A stretch of DNA of 64,000 bases from NCBI GenBank assembly GCA_032111745.1, contig JAULUH010000280.1:23349-87348 (forward strand). The letters run 5' to 3'. The stretch's first letter is position 1. Every line of letters begins with the position of its first letter. The position numbers and the translations under genes are program-made. Positions 19,003 to 28,363 of the stretch are shown here, one piece after another. The notes below the pieces were generated by a model. The model was not told where the DNA came from. It ran no database searches and saw nothing but the letters and a program-made list of their open reading frames with translations. Source of the DNA: Anaerolineae bacterium. Its GTDB lineage: Bacteria > Chloroflexota > Anaerolineae > JAAEKA01.

Positions 19003-19236
19003 TCAGTCGATTTCCAACGTAACCTGTTTACCACTGCGCACGGCCGGAACTCGCAGCACGGCCCGGATGGCGTTGGCCACACGGCCTTCCTTGCCGATGA
19101 CCCGACCCATGTCGGATCGGGCGACACGCAACTCAAGCACGGTACCCTGGGCCGTACGAATCTCCTTGACCCGGACGGCATCGACGTCGTCGACCAGGCC
19201 TTGGGCGATGTACTCTACGAGCTCTTTGACAGGCAT
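19003..19236 (-). CDS. KH-domain RNA-binding protein (YlqC/UPF0109 family)
   Basis: 77 aa with MGRVIGKEGRVANAIRAVL (GxxG KH motif). It sits in the conserved position between rpsP and rimM. Confidence 0.85.
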   Translation of the reverse strand: MPVKELVEYIAQGLVDDVDAVRVKEIRTAQGTVLELRVARSDMGRVIGKEGRVANAIRAVLRVPAVRSGKQVTLEID

Positions 19237-19242
19237 CGTGCT

Positions 19243-19533
19243 TTAGGCCTTGGCCGCGGGCCCGGCTACCGGCTGGCGAGACTCCTCCAGCTGGGCCATG
19301 ACCCCTGACTTAACCAGGAGGCGGCGCACGGCTTCGGTGGGCTGGGCGCCGACGCTGAGCCAGTACAGCGCACGGTCCGTCTGCAGATCACAGGTCTCAG
19401 GCTCGGTGCGCGGGTTGAAAAAGCCGATGTTCTCGATGAAGCGCCCGTTGCGGGGAGCATCAGAGTCGGCGACGACGATTCGATAGCTGGGCTGTCGCTT
19501 GGCGCCAACGCGGCGCAGTCTCATCTTGACCAT
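19243..19533 (-). CDS. rpsP: 30S ribosomal protein S16
   Basis: MVKMRLRRVGAKRQPSYRIVVADSDAPRNGRFIENIGFFNP is the canonical S16 N-terminus. The start is at ATG 19533, not the longer ORF. Confidence 0.93.
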   Translation of the reverse strand: MVKMRLRRVGAKRQPSYRIVVADSDAPRNGRFIENIGFFNPRTEPETCDLQTDRALYWLSVGAQPTEAVRRLLVKSGVMAQLEESRQPVAGPAAKA

Positions 19534-19631
19534 GGATCGATCTACCGGTGTCCTTCCGATTTGTTCTGCTTTTTCATGGATACGGCACGACCCGGGGGCC
19601 GTGCCGTTGGCAATCCTTGCTAGCAAAGGAC

Positions 19632-19660
19632 ATTGTACCCCAGGTCGTCCAAACGGGCAA
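19632..19660 (-). promoter_or_regulatory. sigma-70-type promoter for rpsP (TTGCCC-17 nt-TACAAT)
   Basis: Minus strand reads ttgccc gtttggacgacctgggg tacaat. It implies a leader of about 90 nt containing the hairpin ggcacggcccccgggtcgtgcc. Confidence 0.5.
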
Positions 19661-19680
19661 AACGCGCAAGCAGAGCGCAA

Positions 19681-20163
19681 CTACGAGACCTGGCCCCCTT
19701 TCGGGCTCTCGTGCGCTGCCGCAGCGCACCATATAACGTCTTGCTCAGCCTGGAAGGTCAAGGCCGCGGCAGCCTCGGCGAAATTGGCGGCCCAGCGGTT
19801 GCGGAACAGAGCCTCGCGCGAGTTAGAGAACCGGGGCGCCAGCTGTCGGTCGCTGGCCAGGCACATCAGGTAGTAATGTTCCTCGCGCACCACGGTGCGG
19901 CCGCGATACTCGAAGGTGACCTGTCGCCGACCCAGGTCGGCCAGGATGCTAACGTCGCAGTAGCCCGTCTCCTCGCACACCTCGCGGCGGGCGGCTAACT
20001 CAGGAGCCTCGTCCTGGTCAATGTGCCCCTTAGGCAGCCGCACCTCGTGGGTATCGTCCAAAGTGCGCTCGATGAGTAGTACACGACCGGCACTGTCCAT
20101 AACGACGCCACCCGCAGCCTGGTAGTGATGGATGTCAACCTTGGGCACGGCATAACCCGCCAT
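19681..20163 (-). CDS. Nudix hydrolase
   Basis: Nudix box GHIDQDEAPELAARREVCEETGY. Confidence 0.85.
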   Translation of the reverse strand: MAGYAVPKVDIHHYQAAGGVVMDSAGRVLLIERTLDDTHEVRLPKGHIDQDEAPELAARREVCEETGYCDVSILADLGRRQVTFEYRGRTVVREEHYYLMCLASDRQLAPRFSNSREALFRNRWAANFAEAAAALTFQAEQDVIWCAAAAHESPKGGQVS

Positions 20164-20184
20164 TGTTGGTGATCACGAGGAGGT

Positions 20185-20213
20185 AGTATAGCATAGTGTA
20201 GGTGACGACACAA
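20185..20213 (-). promoter_or_regulatory. candidate promoter for the Nudix gene (TTGTGT-17 nt-TATACT)
   Basis: Minus strand reads ttgtgt cgtcacctacactatgc tatact, about 21 nt before the ATG. Confidence 0.4.
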
Positions 20214-20230
20214 CTGGCGCTCTTGCGGGG

Positions 20231-20260
20231 TTGCCGAAGCCAATGGGGCTGTGGTAAAAT
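20231..20260 (+). promoter_or_regulatory. candidate extended -10 promoter upstream of rocD (TTGCCG-18 nt-TAAAAT)
   Basis: ttgccg at 20231-20236 and gTGgTAAAAT with the hexamer at 20255-20260. Confidence 0.4.
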
Positions 20261-20265
20261 GGTCT

Positions 20266-20281
20266 TGGCATTTTATCAGCA
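20266..20281 (+). promoter_or_regulatory. candidate sigma-54 -24/-12 element (TGGCAT-N5-CAGCA)
   Basis: tTGGCAttttatcaGCA, with GG (20267-20268) and GC (20279-20280) separated by exactly 10 nt, about 130 nt upstream of the rocD ATG. Confidence 0.3.
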
Positions 20282-20412
20282 CGTGCCGGTATCGACCAGG
20301 CCAAGGGCGTCCTGATCGTGCGTGACAAGCCATGACTTAACGCACCGCAATGGCCTGGGCAGGTGATGTCCAGGCTATTGTATTGATATCATTCAGACCA
20401 AAGGAGAAACCT

Positions 20413-21657
20413 ATGCGTGCCGAGGAACTGATCCGGCTGGAAAATACGTACGTGGCCCATATTTACCATCCTCTCGACGTGGTGATCGAGCGCGGGGAGG
20501 GCGTGTGGGTGTACGACGTGGAGGGGAGACGATATCTGGACTGCCTGAGCGCCTATTCCGCGGTGAGCCAGGGCCATTGCCATCCCAGGATCGTGGCCGC
20601 CCTGGTAGAGCAGGCGCAGCGCGCCACGCTGACCTCGCGGGCATTCCGCAACGACCAGTTGGGCCCCTTCAGCAAGGAGCTGTGCGATCTGCTGGGCTAC
20701 GATATGGTGTTGCCCATGAACTCAGGCGCTGAGGCGGTGGAAACGGCTGTGAAGACCGCCCGCAAGTGGGGCTATGAGGTCAAGGGGGTGCCCGATGGCG
20801 AGGCGGAGATCATCGTGTGCCTGGGCAACTTCCACGGCCGCACCACCACGACTATCAGCTTCTCCACTGAGGCCAAGTACCGCAAGCATTTCGGCCCGTT
20901 CACGCCTGGCTTCAAGGCCGTGCCCTTCGGCGATGTGGACGCATTGTTTGACGCCATCACGCCCAACACGGTGGCGTTCCTGGTGGAGCCGATCCAGGGC
21001 GAGAACGGCATCAACGTGCCACCGCCGGGCTATCTGAAGTTCGCAGAAGCGCTGTGCCGGCGGGAGAACGTGCTGCTCATTGCCGACGAGATCCAGGTTG
21101 GGCTGGGACGCACGGGCAAGATGCTGGCCTGTGACCACGAGGACGTGCGGCCGGACATCGTGATCCTGGGCAAGGGCCTGTCGGGGGGCTTCTACCCGGT
21201 CTCTGCCATCGTGGCCGACCGGCCCATCCTGGGCCTGTTCAACCCGGGTGACCACGGCAGCACCTTTGCGGGCAACCCGTTGGGCAGCGCGGTGGCGCGG
21301 GCAGCCATGAAGGTGCTGGTGGAAGAGGGCATGGTGGAGAACGCGGCCGCGCAGGGCACCTACATGCTGGAGCGCCTGCGCCGCCTGGAGAGCCCCTACG
21401 TCAAGAACGTGCGTGGCCGGGGGCTGCTGATTGGCCTGGAGGTCACGGAGGAGGCCCGGGGGGCGCGGCGCTTCTGCGAGGAGCTGGCGCACGAGGGTAT
21501 CCTGTGCAAGGAGACCCACGGCACCGTGATCCGCTTCGCTCCACCCCTGGTGATTACGCGCGAGCAGGTCGACTGGATGCTGGAGCGGGTGGAGGAGGTC
21601 TTCGCCCGCATCGAGGCCCGCGACAACGGCGAGAAGGCGGAGTCTTTGGCGGTGTAG
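20413..21657 (+). CDS. rocD: ornithine--oxo-acid aminotransferase (class-III PLP aminotransferase)
   Basis: Start at ATG 20413 with [41 protein letters not shown] and [10 protein letters not shown] (PLP lysine region) are typical of RocD/OAT. Confidence 0.9.
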   Translation: MRAEELIRLENTYVAHIYHPLDVVIERGEGVWVYDVEGRRYLDCLSAYSAVSQGHCHPRIVAALVEQAQRATLTSRAFRNDQLGPFSKELCDLLGYDMVLPMNSGAEAVETAVKTARKWGYEVKGVPDGEAEIIVCLGNFHGRTTTTISFSTEAKYRKHFGPFTPGFKAVPFGDVDALFDAITPNTVAFLVEPIQGENGINVPPPGYLKFAEALCRRENVLLIADEIQVGLGRTGKMLACDHEDVRPDIVILGKGLSGGFYPVSAIVADRPILGLFNPGDHGSTFAGNPLGSAVARAAMKVLVEEGMVENAAAQGTYMLERLRRLESPYVKNVRGRGLLIGLEVTEEARGARRFCEELAHEGILCKETHGTVIRFAPPLVITREQVDWMLERVEEVFARIEARDNGEKAESLAV

Positions 21658-21662
21658 GCGAT

Positions 21663-21711
21663 GCGCGATATGGAGAGATGGGGGCCAGACCCCTATTTCT
21701 CCATATCGCGC
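21663..21711. terminator. hairpin between convergent rocD and mutY; its right arm encodes the last MutY codons
   Basis: A perfect 14-bp stem, gcgcgatatggaga (21663-21676) with tctccatatcgcgc (21698-21711). It extends to about 22 bp with two G-U pairs on the plus-strand RNA only. Confidence 0.55.
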
Positions 21712-22799
21712 AAAGCAGCGATGATCTTCTGATCGGTGACGGGGAAGGGGTAAGCGTCGAGGCCGGCGAGGCTAGCCCAGCGCCAATCAGCCACGCCGAT
21801 GCAGCGCGGTTGGCCGGCCTCCAGGTGGCAGTGAAAGGCGTGGAGGGTGATGCGGAAGTGGGTGTAGGCGTGGCGCACTGTGGTGAGCAGGTCGCCCACA
21901 GCCACGTCGATGTCCAGCTCCTCATGTAGCTCGCGGCGCAGGCATTCGGCCAGGATTTCGCCATCGTGGCACTTGCCGCCGGGGAACTCCCACAGGCCGC
22001 CCAGCATGCCGCCGGCCGGCCGCTGGGCGATCAGGAATTGGCCGGGGTGGCCGGGACGATGCACGATGGCCGCAGTGACGTCAAGGTGGCGGATAGGTGG
22101 TCGCGGAGCCTTGACCGGGCGCTGCTCCTCCACCCCGCGAGCGCGGGCCAGGCACAGGTCATGCAGGGGGCAGAGCAGGCAGCAGGGGGCCTTGGGCGTG
22201 CAGATGGTGGCACCAAGGTCCATCAGGGCCTCGTTGAGCACGCCAGTCCGGTGGGGCTCGACGGCGGCGGCCAGCCCTTCGGCCAGGTGCCAGAGGTACG
22301 TCTCGGTAGCGGAAATGCCGATATCCTCGGCCACGTCGTAGACTCGCGCCAGCACGCGTCTGACATTGCCATCCAACACGGCGGCGCGGCGGCTGTGGGC
22401 GATGCTCAGGATGGCACCGGCGGTGTAGCGACCGATGCCGGGCAACGCACGCAGCGCCTTGAGGTCGGCGGGCACCTCGCCTCCGTAGCGGGCCTGCACC
22501 AGGCGGGCGGCCTGGTGCAGGTTGCGCGCCCGCCCGTAATAGCCCAGGCCCTCCCAGGCCTTGAGCACCTCTCCTTCGCCCGCAGCAGCCAGTAGCGCCA
22601 CCGTGGGGAAGCGCGCCATCCAGCGCTCGAAATAGGGGATGGCGGTGGCTACCTGGGTTTGCTGCAGCATGATCTCGCTAACCCAGGTAGCGTAAGGGTC
22701 TCTGGGCTGCGTGCGCCAGGGCAGGGGACGCAGGTGGCCAGCATCTGCCCAGGCCAGGAGGGCTTGAGCCACCGGGGCAGCAAGAGTGCAGTTGGTCAT
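21693..22799 (-). CDS. mutY: A/G-specific adenine DNA glycosylase MutY
   Basis: LPWRTQPRDPYATWVSEIMLQQTQV aligns with E. coli MutY. It also has the Fe-S loop CTPKAPCCLLCPLHDLC and a C-terminal Nudix-like domain. Start at ATG 22799. Confidence 0.92.
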   Translation of the reverse strand: MTNCTLAAPVAQALLAWADAGHLRPLPWRTQPRDPYATWVSEIMLQQTQVATAIPYFERWMARFPTVALLAAAGEGEVLKAWEGLGYYGRARNLHQAARLVQARYGGEVPADLKALRALPGIGRYTAGAILSIAHSRRAAVLDGNVRRVLARVYDVAEDIGISATETYLWHLAEGLAAAVEPHRTGVLNEALMDLGATICTPKAPCCLLCPLHDLCLARARGVEEQRPVKAPRPPIRHLDVTAAIVHRPGHPGQFLIAQRPAGGMLGGLWEFPGGKCHDGEILAECLRRELHEELDIDVAVGDLLTTVRHAYTHFRITLHAFHCHLEAGQPRCIGVADWRWASLAGLDAYPFPVTDQKIIAALRDMEK

Positions 22800-22815
22800 G
22801 AAGAAAAGTGAGGGT

Positions 22816-22886
22816 AACCGTGGAGAACGCCGTGGACGCAGAGGCGACTTTGGGGGGACTCTGCCTCCACGGCGTTCTCCACGGTT
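22816..22886 (-). terminator. 28-bp (27 paired) hairpin after the DUF362-like gene, 16 nt before the mutY ATG
   Basis: Arms at 22816-22843 and 22859-22886 pair at 27 of 28 positions around a 15-nt loop. On the minus strand the hairpin is followed by accctcacttttcttc and then ATG. Confidence 0.6.
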
Positions 22887-22896
22887 CGTTTTGGGG

Positions 22897-24294
22897 CTAC
22901 TCGTCGCCAGACTGGCGTCGGGTGCGGGCCAGGATGGCGGCCGACGCGACGGCGACCCCGGCCGCGCCCAGCGCGACAAGGGTCTTGTCCGTGGTGCTGA
23001 GGCCACCACGGTGGCCGCCGTTTTGGGCGGCGTCCGCCCGGCGGCGCTGGGCTGCCACTTCGGGGGATTCCAGCAGGGCGGTCTTGAGGACACCCAGGGA
23101 ACGAGGCATCACCTCCAGGCCAACGCGTTCCAGTCGCACCCCCTCCTGGCCCACGTCGGGCCAGCCCTGGGCATCCGGCTGCACGTGCTCCCAGTTGGCG
23201 AAGAGGCGGCCCCACTCGCTGTTCAGGGCGCCGGCCATCATTTTCTCGCCCTTGAGGGGGTACCAGTACATATCGTGGTAGACCACCGAGGCCATATACG
23301 ACCAGGGGGCTAGAACGGTCTTCAGCGACCACTCGATGGGTGCCTTAAGCGGGCCCCAGTAGATCTTGTGTTGCATCTGCGAGGCGAAGGTCATCTGCTG
23401 GAAGGGGCCGACAAAATTCCAGTTTTCTTGTGCGGCGTCCAGGTCACCGACGATCTCAATGTCGGCGGGGTCTCCGCAGCCCAGCCCCAGCTCGTGGGCA
23501 AGGCGGATGTACTTGATATCCAGTGGGTTGAAGCCCATCAGCTTGGCGGCGATGGCATCGACGGCGACCTGGTCAGCGCTGGCCAGGATGACGTTCTTGA
23601 CGTAGGGGAGCATGCAGCGGGGCCCGGGCCCGTCACCGGCGAAGGTGCCGTCCATCACGGCAAAGACGCCGCGGTGAATCTTCTGCTGGATCATCAGCAG
23701 GTCCACCAGCGTCTCGTGGATCACCGGGTGGGTCCAGTGGCGCCGCTCGTTCAGCAGTCCGCCGAAGGCGTTCTTCATGGCGCCGGTGGTCGTGGTGAAT
23801 ATGTGGGCTTTTATGGTCGGCAGATGGATGATGTTCTCGCCGATGAAGCGCCGGGGGATGAAGAAGCCGTCCGGGTAAACCTCGTTGAGCACCAGGAACT
23901 TGTCAGCCAGATCGCCGATGGCATCGCGGATGCTGATCCACTCCTCGCCCTCATACAGGTGGATGTTGCGCAGGCCGTGGGCCTCCACCACGTCGATCTG
24001 TTTGTTTTCGGCCTCGCCCAGGTGGGCGTCGATGACCACGGTGCGGTTGTGGCAGGCGTGGATCAGGTCTTTGTCATAACCGTCCCGGGCCATGGCGCGG
24101 ATCACCCCCTCCATCTGCCAGGGGGTGGTCGACGAGCCCGGGAAGAAATAGTGCCAGGAGATGTTGATCTTGAGTGCGGTGTCGGCGTCTTTGGCGATCA
24201 CATCCTGGTACCCGGCCAGGTTCATCAGCCGGTGGTAGTCCTCCAAGACGGTGCGGGGAGACGTGCGTAGGATGGCAACTTTGCTGCTAGCCAT
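22897..24294 (-). CDS. DUF362-like protein with a long C-terminal extension and C-terminal TM anchor
   Basis: VAILRTSPRTVLEDYHRLMNLAG...ALKINISW...HLPTIKAHIFTTTTGAMKNAFGGLL...MDGTFAGDGPGP resembles DUF362. The last roughly 170 aa are extra and end in LVALGAAGVAVASAAILA. Confidence 0.7.
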   Translation of the reverse strand: MASSKVAILRTSPRTVLEDYHRLMNLAGYQDVIAKDADTALKINISWHYFFPGSSTTPWQMEGVIRAMARDGYDKDLIHACHNRTVVIDAHLGEAENKQIDVVEAHGLRNIHLYEGEEWISIRDAIGDLADKFLVLNEVYPDGFFIPRRFIGENIIHLPTIKAHIFTTTTGAMKNAFGGLLNERRHWTHPVIHETLVDLLMIQQKIHRGVFAVMDGTFAGDGPGPRCMLPYVKNVILASADQVAVDAIAAKLMGFNPLDIKYIRLAHELGLGCGDPADIEIVGDLDAAQENWNFVGPFQQMTFASQMQHKIYWGPLKAPIEWSLKTVLAPWSYMASVVYHDMYWYPLKGEKMMAGALNSEWGRLFANWEHVQPDAQGWPDVGQEGVRLERVGLEVMPRSLGVLKTALLESPEVAAQRRRADAAQNGGHRGGLSTTDKTLVALGAAGVAVASAAILARTRRQSGDE

Positions 24295-24424
24295 AGGGTT
24301 GTCCTCAGTTCGATGGGATTCCTTGCCGGCCTGCAGGTCGCTGGCGCGATCCGTGTTAAGGCGGGTAGGGTGGGAGCCGGACCATAGATCAAGATGCTTT
24401 CCGGCCCGGGTTCTTTACGCCGGC

Positions 24425-25471
24425 TCAGCGCACGATCACGTGGCGCACGCCACCAGCGCCGTAGTCCTGCAGGCGGTCCAGGGCGGCGTTAATGGCCGCA
24501 GCGTCCAGCGGAATCAGATCGGTAACAATCGGCTCCAGGTCCAGGACGCGGCGCCGCGCCAGCTCGGTGAGCAGGGGAATCTCAGCGGCCAGGTGATCGG
24601 AGCAGCCGATGATCTCAGCCTCCCGGTTGATGATCTCGGCGTAGGGGTAGAAGCTCACGGGCTGGTCGCCCAAGCCTACGGCCACCACGCGGCCGAGATG
24701 TCCGATGGCGGCGATAGCCTGGCGCATGGTCTCGGGCCGGCCCACGAAGTCCAGGGCCAGATCGACCCCCTGGCCGCGGTTGCCGCGGCGAATCTCGGCC
24801 ACGGAATCCTCGTCCCGGGCGTTGATCGGTACAGCGCCCTGCCTCAGGGCCAGGGCCAGCCGGTCGTCATCCAGGTCCACGGCGAAGACCAGCAGCGCAC
24901 CGAAGGCGCGGGCCAGCTGGACCGCAGAGAGGCCCAGGCCACCAACACCGAAGACGGCGACGCTCTCACCGGCCTGCAGCCGCCCCTTGCGCAGGGCATG
25001 CAGGGCGGTAGCCGAGGAGCACATCATGACCGCACCCTGCTCGTAGGGGATACCATCGGGCAGCGGGAACAGGCAGCGCGCCGGCACGCCGATGAACTCG
25101 GCATAGCCGCCGTCACGGTGCTTGCCCAGCATCTGGCCGCTGAGGCAGAATTGCTCCTGGCCGCGGCGGCAGTAGGGGCAGTGGCCACAGGTGGCCAGAT
25201 AGTGCAGGACCACCCGGTCCCCTTCCTGCCAGGCGGTGACCGCGCTGCCCGTGCGTTCCACAACGCCACTGATCTCGTGACCCAGAGTAAGGGGCAGGGG
25301 GCCGGCTGGCGATACGCCGGCCCGATAGTGGGCGTCGGAATGGCAGATGCCGGCTGCGCGCACGCTGACCAGCACGTCCTCCGGGCCTGGCTCAGGCACG
25401 GCGATCTCCTGCATCTCCAGGGGCTGTCCCACCCGGACCAGGCGTACAGCCTTCATGGCGTTAGGGGTCAT
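24425..25471 (-). CDS. zinc-dependent alcohol dehydrogenase (MDR superfamily)
   Basis: GICHSD, GHEISGVV, structural-zinc loop CGHCPYCRRGQEQFC, Rossmann VFGVGGLG. Confidence 0.88.
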   Translation of the reverse strand: MTPNAMKAVRLVRVGQPLEMQEIAVPEPGPEDVLVSVRAAGICHSDAHYRAGVSPAGPLPLTLGHEISGVVERTGSAVTAWQEGDRVVLHYLATCGHCPYCRRGQEQFCLSGQMLGKHRDGGYAEFIGVPARCLFPLPDGIPYEQGAVMMCSSATALHALRKGRLQAGESVAVFGVGGLGLSAVQLARAFGALLVFAVDLDDDRLALALRQGAVPINARDEDSVAEIRRGNRGQGVDLALDFVGRPETMRQAIAAIGHLGRVVAVGLGDQPVSFYPYAEIINREAEIIGCSDHLAAEIPLLTELARRRVLDLEPIVTDLIPLDAAAINAALDRLQDYGAGGVRHVIVR

Positions 25472-25491
25472 AGCCTCGGTCTTTCTACTGC

Positions 25492-27333
25492 TCAGCCGGC
25501 CAGGGGCGGGATGGTGACCCTTAGCTGGTAGGGCGCTCCGGTAGCACCGCCGGTGAGGGTGATGATGTAGTCCTGGCTGGTGGGCAAGGAGCCTTGCCAG
25601 CTCTGGCTGGCGTCCGTGGCGGCCTTGAGCACCGTGCCGTCGGCCCCAGAGACCTCCAGGCGGGCATCACCGGCACGCGTGATCAGGGCCACGTCCATGG
25701 TCTGGCCGGCCAGAGCCTGCAGCACGTAGCGCTGGCTGCCACCGGACACCAGGGCTCCGCCCGCAGTGGCGGAGGTGGCGCCGGGTGCGAACTGGATGCG
25801 TGTGGCCTCCCGCTGGGCTCGAGCCTCAGCGGCTGCCGCCGTGGGCTCGGGGGCGATGTTCAGGGTGGCACCGGCAGCGAACAGAGGGTCGTCCGGGGCC
25901 AGCTCAGCGGCCCGGTGGAGGTCGGCATTCACTTGCCGGTTGCCTGGGCTAGCCAGGAACTCCGCCCAGGCGCGCAGGAAGTAGGCCGGCCCCAGCTCTG
26001 GCTGCACGGCCAGGGCGGCGTTGGCGCTGTCGAGGATGTAGTTGCTTACGGCGTCCTCCCAGCCCTCGGCCACGGTGCCGGCGATCAGGGGCGACTGGGG
26101 GGTGAAGATCTGCTCCAGGCTGTAGGATCGCATCTGGTCTACGGCGCCAGCATAGTCGCCGGCAAACACGTAGCTGAGCAAGGGGTACGGGCTGGATGCA
26201 CGGGCCTTCTGATGGGCCTCGAAGTTGAGCCGGATCAAGGCCTCGTTCCAGCGTAGGGATCCGAGAGGCGCAGGTGGATCGCTGCCTTCGGCTAGCTGAA
26301 CGGCTTCCTCGATCTTCGCCAGGGCATCGGGCCATAGGCCGGCACCGGCCAGGGCCACGGCCTCTTTGTTGGCCTCGTAGAAGAGCTGTCCCTGATCACT
26401 CTCCTTCAGATCTGAGATCTCCACGGGGACCATGGAGTCGCCCAGCCAGGTGTAGACCTCGAAGTAGGGGTGGGTCATCCCGGAGGCGTAGGTGAAGATG
26501 TAGGGGTCGGTGGCATTCAATACCGCGTCGTTCTGTCCATCGCCGTTGACGTCGGCGATGCTGCCGGCGCCAGGGCTGGCGCTGAAGCCGCCGACCTCCT
26601 GGCGCAGGGCCTGGCCGTCGAAGCTCAGCAGCTGAAAAGTGCCGCTGTGCGCGCCGGCACCACCGTCTATGGTGAGCCAGCTGCGCGTGGGATCGATTTC
26701 GACCTGCCGCACGCCCTGGGAGTCAAGATAGTCGGGCCCGCTGTCGATCAGCTGGTCGCCGGCGGTGATCGGAGTCGCGTTCAGGTCCAGGCGGGCTTGC
26801 TCCTGCCAGCCCTTGTCGCTCTCTGTGAAGATGGCGACGACGTGGCCGGGGGCCGGGTCGAGATCGAAATTGCGCATGCCGGTGGTATAGGCGGCCCACA
26901 ATGGCGGGCTGTCTGGGGGCCCGGTGAGTGCGATGGCCGCTGTGCCTTCGAAGGCCCCGCCCGGCAGCGATGCTTGCAGCGCCGCGACTGGGCCGGTATC
27001 GCTGGCCTCCTCGGGCGCGGCGGCCGGCGTTTGGGCGGCACCGCCCGGGCGGCACTCACCCCGGAAAAAGGCCCACTCGTCGCATTCGCTGCCGTCGGGG
27101 AAGACGCAGGCACCGGCCTGGCTACCGTCGGCCGCGGTACGGATCTCTAGCCGGCCGCCCTGTTCCTCGCAGAAGACCGAGGCGGGGTTGGCCATTTCGG
27201 CCACGGCGGTGGGCTCGGGCGTCGCGGGCTCCGGCAGCACGCGCCCGGAGCAGGCGGTCAGGATCAACACCGCCGGGAGAGTAAGCACGACGATCGAGGG
27301 GAGACGCCGGGAAAGGGTGTTGGGGCGGGTCAT
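25492..27333 (-). CDS. secreted lipoprotein with an N-terminal DUF333-like Cys-rich module
   Basis: Start at ATG 27333 (GAGGAG SD). Lipobox LILTAC. NPASVFCEEQGGRLEIRT...GACVFPDGSECDEWAFFRGEC resembles DUF333. It also has a DVNGDGQNDAV FG-GAP-like loop, and the C-terminal roughly 100 aa look like a beta-sandwich. Confidence 0.7.
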   Translation of the reverse strand: MTRPNTLSRRLPSIVVLTLPAVLILTACSGRVLPEPATPEPTAVAEMANPASVFCEEQGGRLEIRTAADGSQAGACVFPDGSECDEWAFFRGECRPGGAAQTPAAAPEEASDTGPVAALQASLPGGAFEGTAAIALTGPPDSPPLWAAYTTGMRNFDLDPAPGHVVAIFTESDKGWQEQARLDLNATPITAGDQLIDSGPDYLDSQGVRQVEIDPTRSWLTIDGGAGAHSGTFQLLSFDGQALRQEVGGFSASPGAGSIADVNGDGQNDAVLNATDPYIFTYASGMTHPYFEVYTWLGDSMVPVEISDLKESDQGQLFYEANKEAVALAGAGLWPDALAKIEEAVQLAEGSDPPAPLGSLRWNEALIRLNFEAHQKARASSPYPLLSYVFAGDYAGAVDQMRSYSLEQIFTPQSPLIAGTVAEGWEDAVSNYILDSANAALAVQPELGPAYFLRAWAEFLASPGNRQVNADLHRAAELAPDDPLFAAGATLNIAPEPTAAAAEARAQREATRIQFAPGATSATAGGALVSGGSQRYVLQALAGQTMDVALITRAGDARLEVSGADGTVLKAATDASQSWQGSLPTSQDYIITLTGGATGAPYQLRVTIPPLAG

Positions 27334-27370
27334 GATTTGTCTCCTCACATGCCTGGAACGAAGGCGATGC

Positions 27371-28363
27371 CTAACGGTAGTCTGACGCCGGCTCTGGCTT
27401 GTTCTGGAGGATGGCTTCGATGCGGTCTATGATCTCAGGAGCCAGCTGAGGCACGACATCCAGGGCCTTCATGTTCTCCACCACCTGCTCGGCGCGGCTG
27501 GCGCCGGTGATGACCGTGCTGACGTGCGGGTTTTTGAGACACCAGGCGATGGCGAGCTGGGCCAGGCTGCAGCCCAGCTCGTCGGCGATTGGCTGCAGCT
27601 GGCGAGCCTTCTGGATATTCGCCAGGCCCTGCTCGCTCTCGAAGTTCTTGCGCAGCCACTCGTAGCCTTTCAGCGTGGCGCGCGTGCCCTCGACGATGCC
27701 CTCGCTGTACTTGCCGGTGAGCAGGCCGCTAGCCAACGGGCTCCAGATGGTAGTGCCCAGGCCGATCTCGTCGTACAGGTGGGCATACTCCTTCTCCACT
27801 CGCTCCCGGTGGAACATATTGTACTGAGGCTGTTCCATGGTGGGGGGAACCAGGTGCTCGCGGCGGGCGATGCCGTAGGCCTCCATGATCTGGGCCGCGC
27901 TCCATTCGCTGGTCCCCCAATAGAAGGCCTTGCCCTGGTCGACGAGGTAGCTCATGGCCCGCACCGTCTCCTCGATGGGGGTACGGATATCCGGGCGGTG
28001 GCAGTAGATCAGATCGACATAATCAAGCTGCAATCGGGCCAGGGCCGCGTTGGTGCCTTCCAGGATATGCTTGCGGGAGAGGCCGTTGTCGTTTGGGCCT
28101 TCACCGCCCCAGAAAATCTTGGTGGAGATCACCAGGTCCGAGCGCTTCCAACCGACCCGCTGGAGGACGTTGCCCATAACGGTTTCCGCCCGCCCGCCCG
28201 CATAGGCCTCGGCGTTGTCGAAGAAGTTGACGCCAGCATCGTAGGCGGCCTTCATGCAGTCGTAGGCGATCTCCTCGCCGTATTGCTGGGCAAAGGTGAC
28301 CCAGGCCCCAAAGGATAGGGCGGATACCTGCAAGCCCGAGGAGCCGAGATGGCGATATTCCAT
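27371..28363 (-). CDS. aldo/keto reductase, Kv-beta-subunit-like
   Basis: [24 protein letters not shown]...[21 protein letters not shown]...[13 protein letters not shown]. Confidence 0.88.
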   Translation of the reverse strand: MEYRHLGSSGLQVSALSFGAWVTFAQQYGEEIAYDCMKAAYDAGVNFFDNAEAYAGGRAETVMGNVLQRVGWKRSDLVISTKIFWGGEGPNDNGLSRKHILEGTNAALARLQLDYVDLIYCHRPDIRTPIEETVRAMSYLVDQGKAFYWGTSEWSAAQIMEAYGIARREHLVPPTMEQPQYNMFHRERVEKEYAHLYDEIGLGTTIWSPLASGLLTGKYSEGIVEGTRATLKGYEWLRKNFESEQGLANIQKARQLQPIADELGCSLAQLAIAWCLKNPHVSTVITGASRAEQVVENMKALDVVPQLAPEIIDRIEAILQNKPEPASDYR

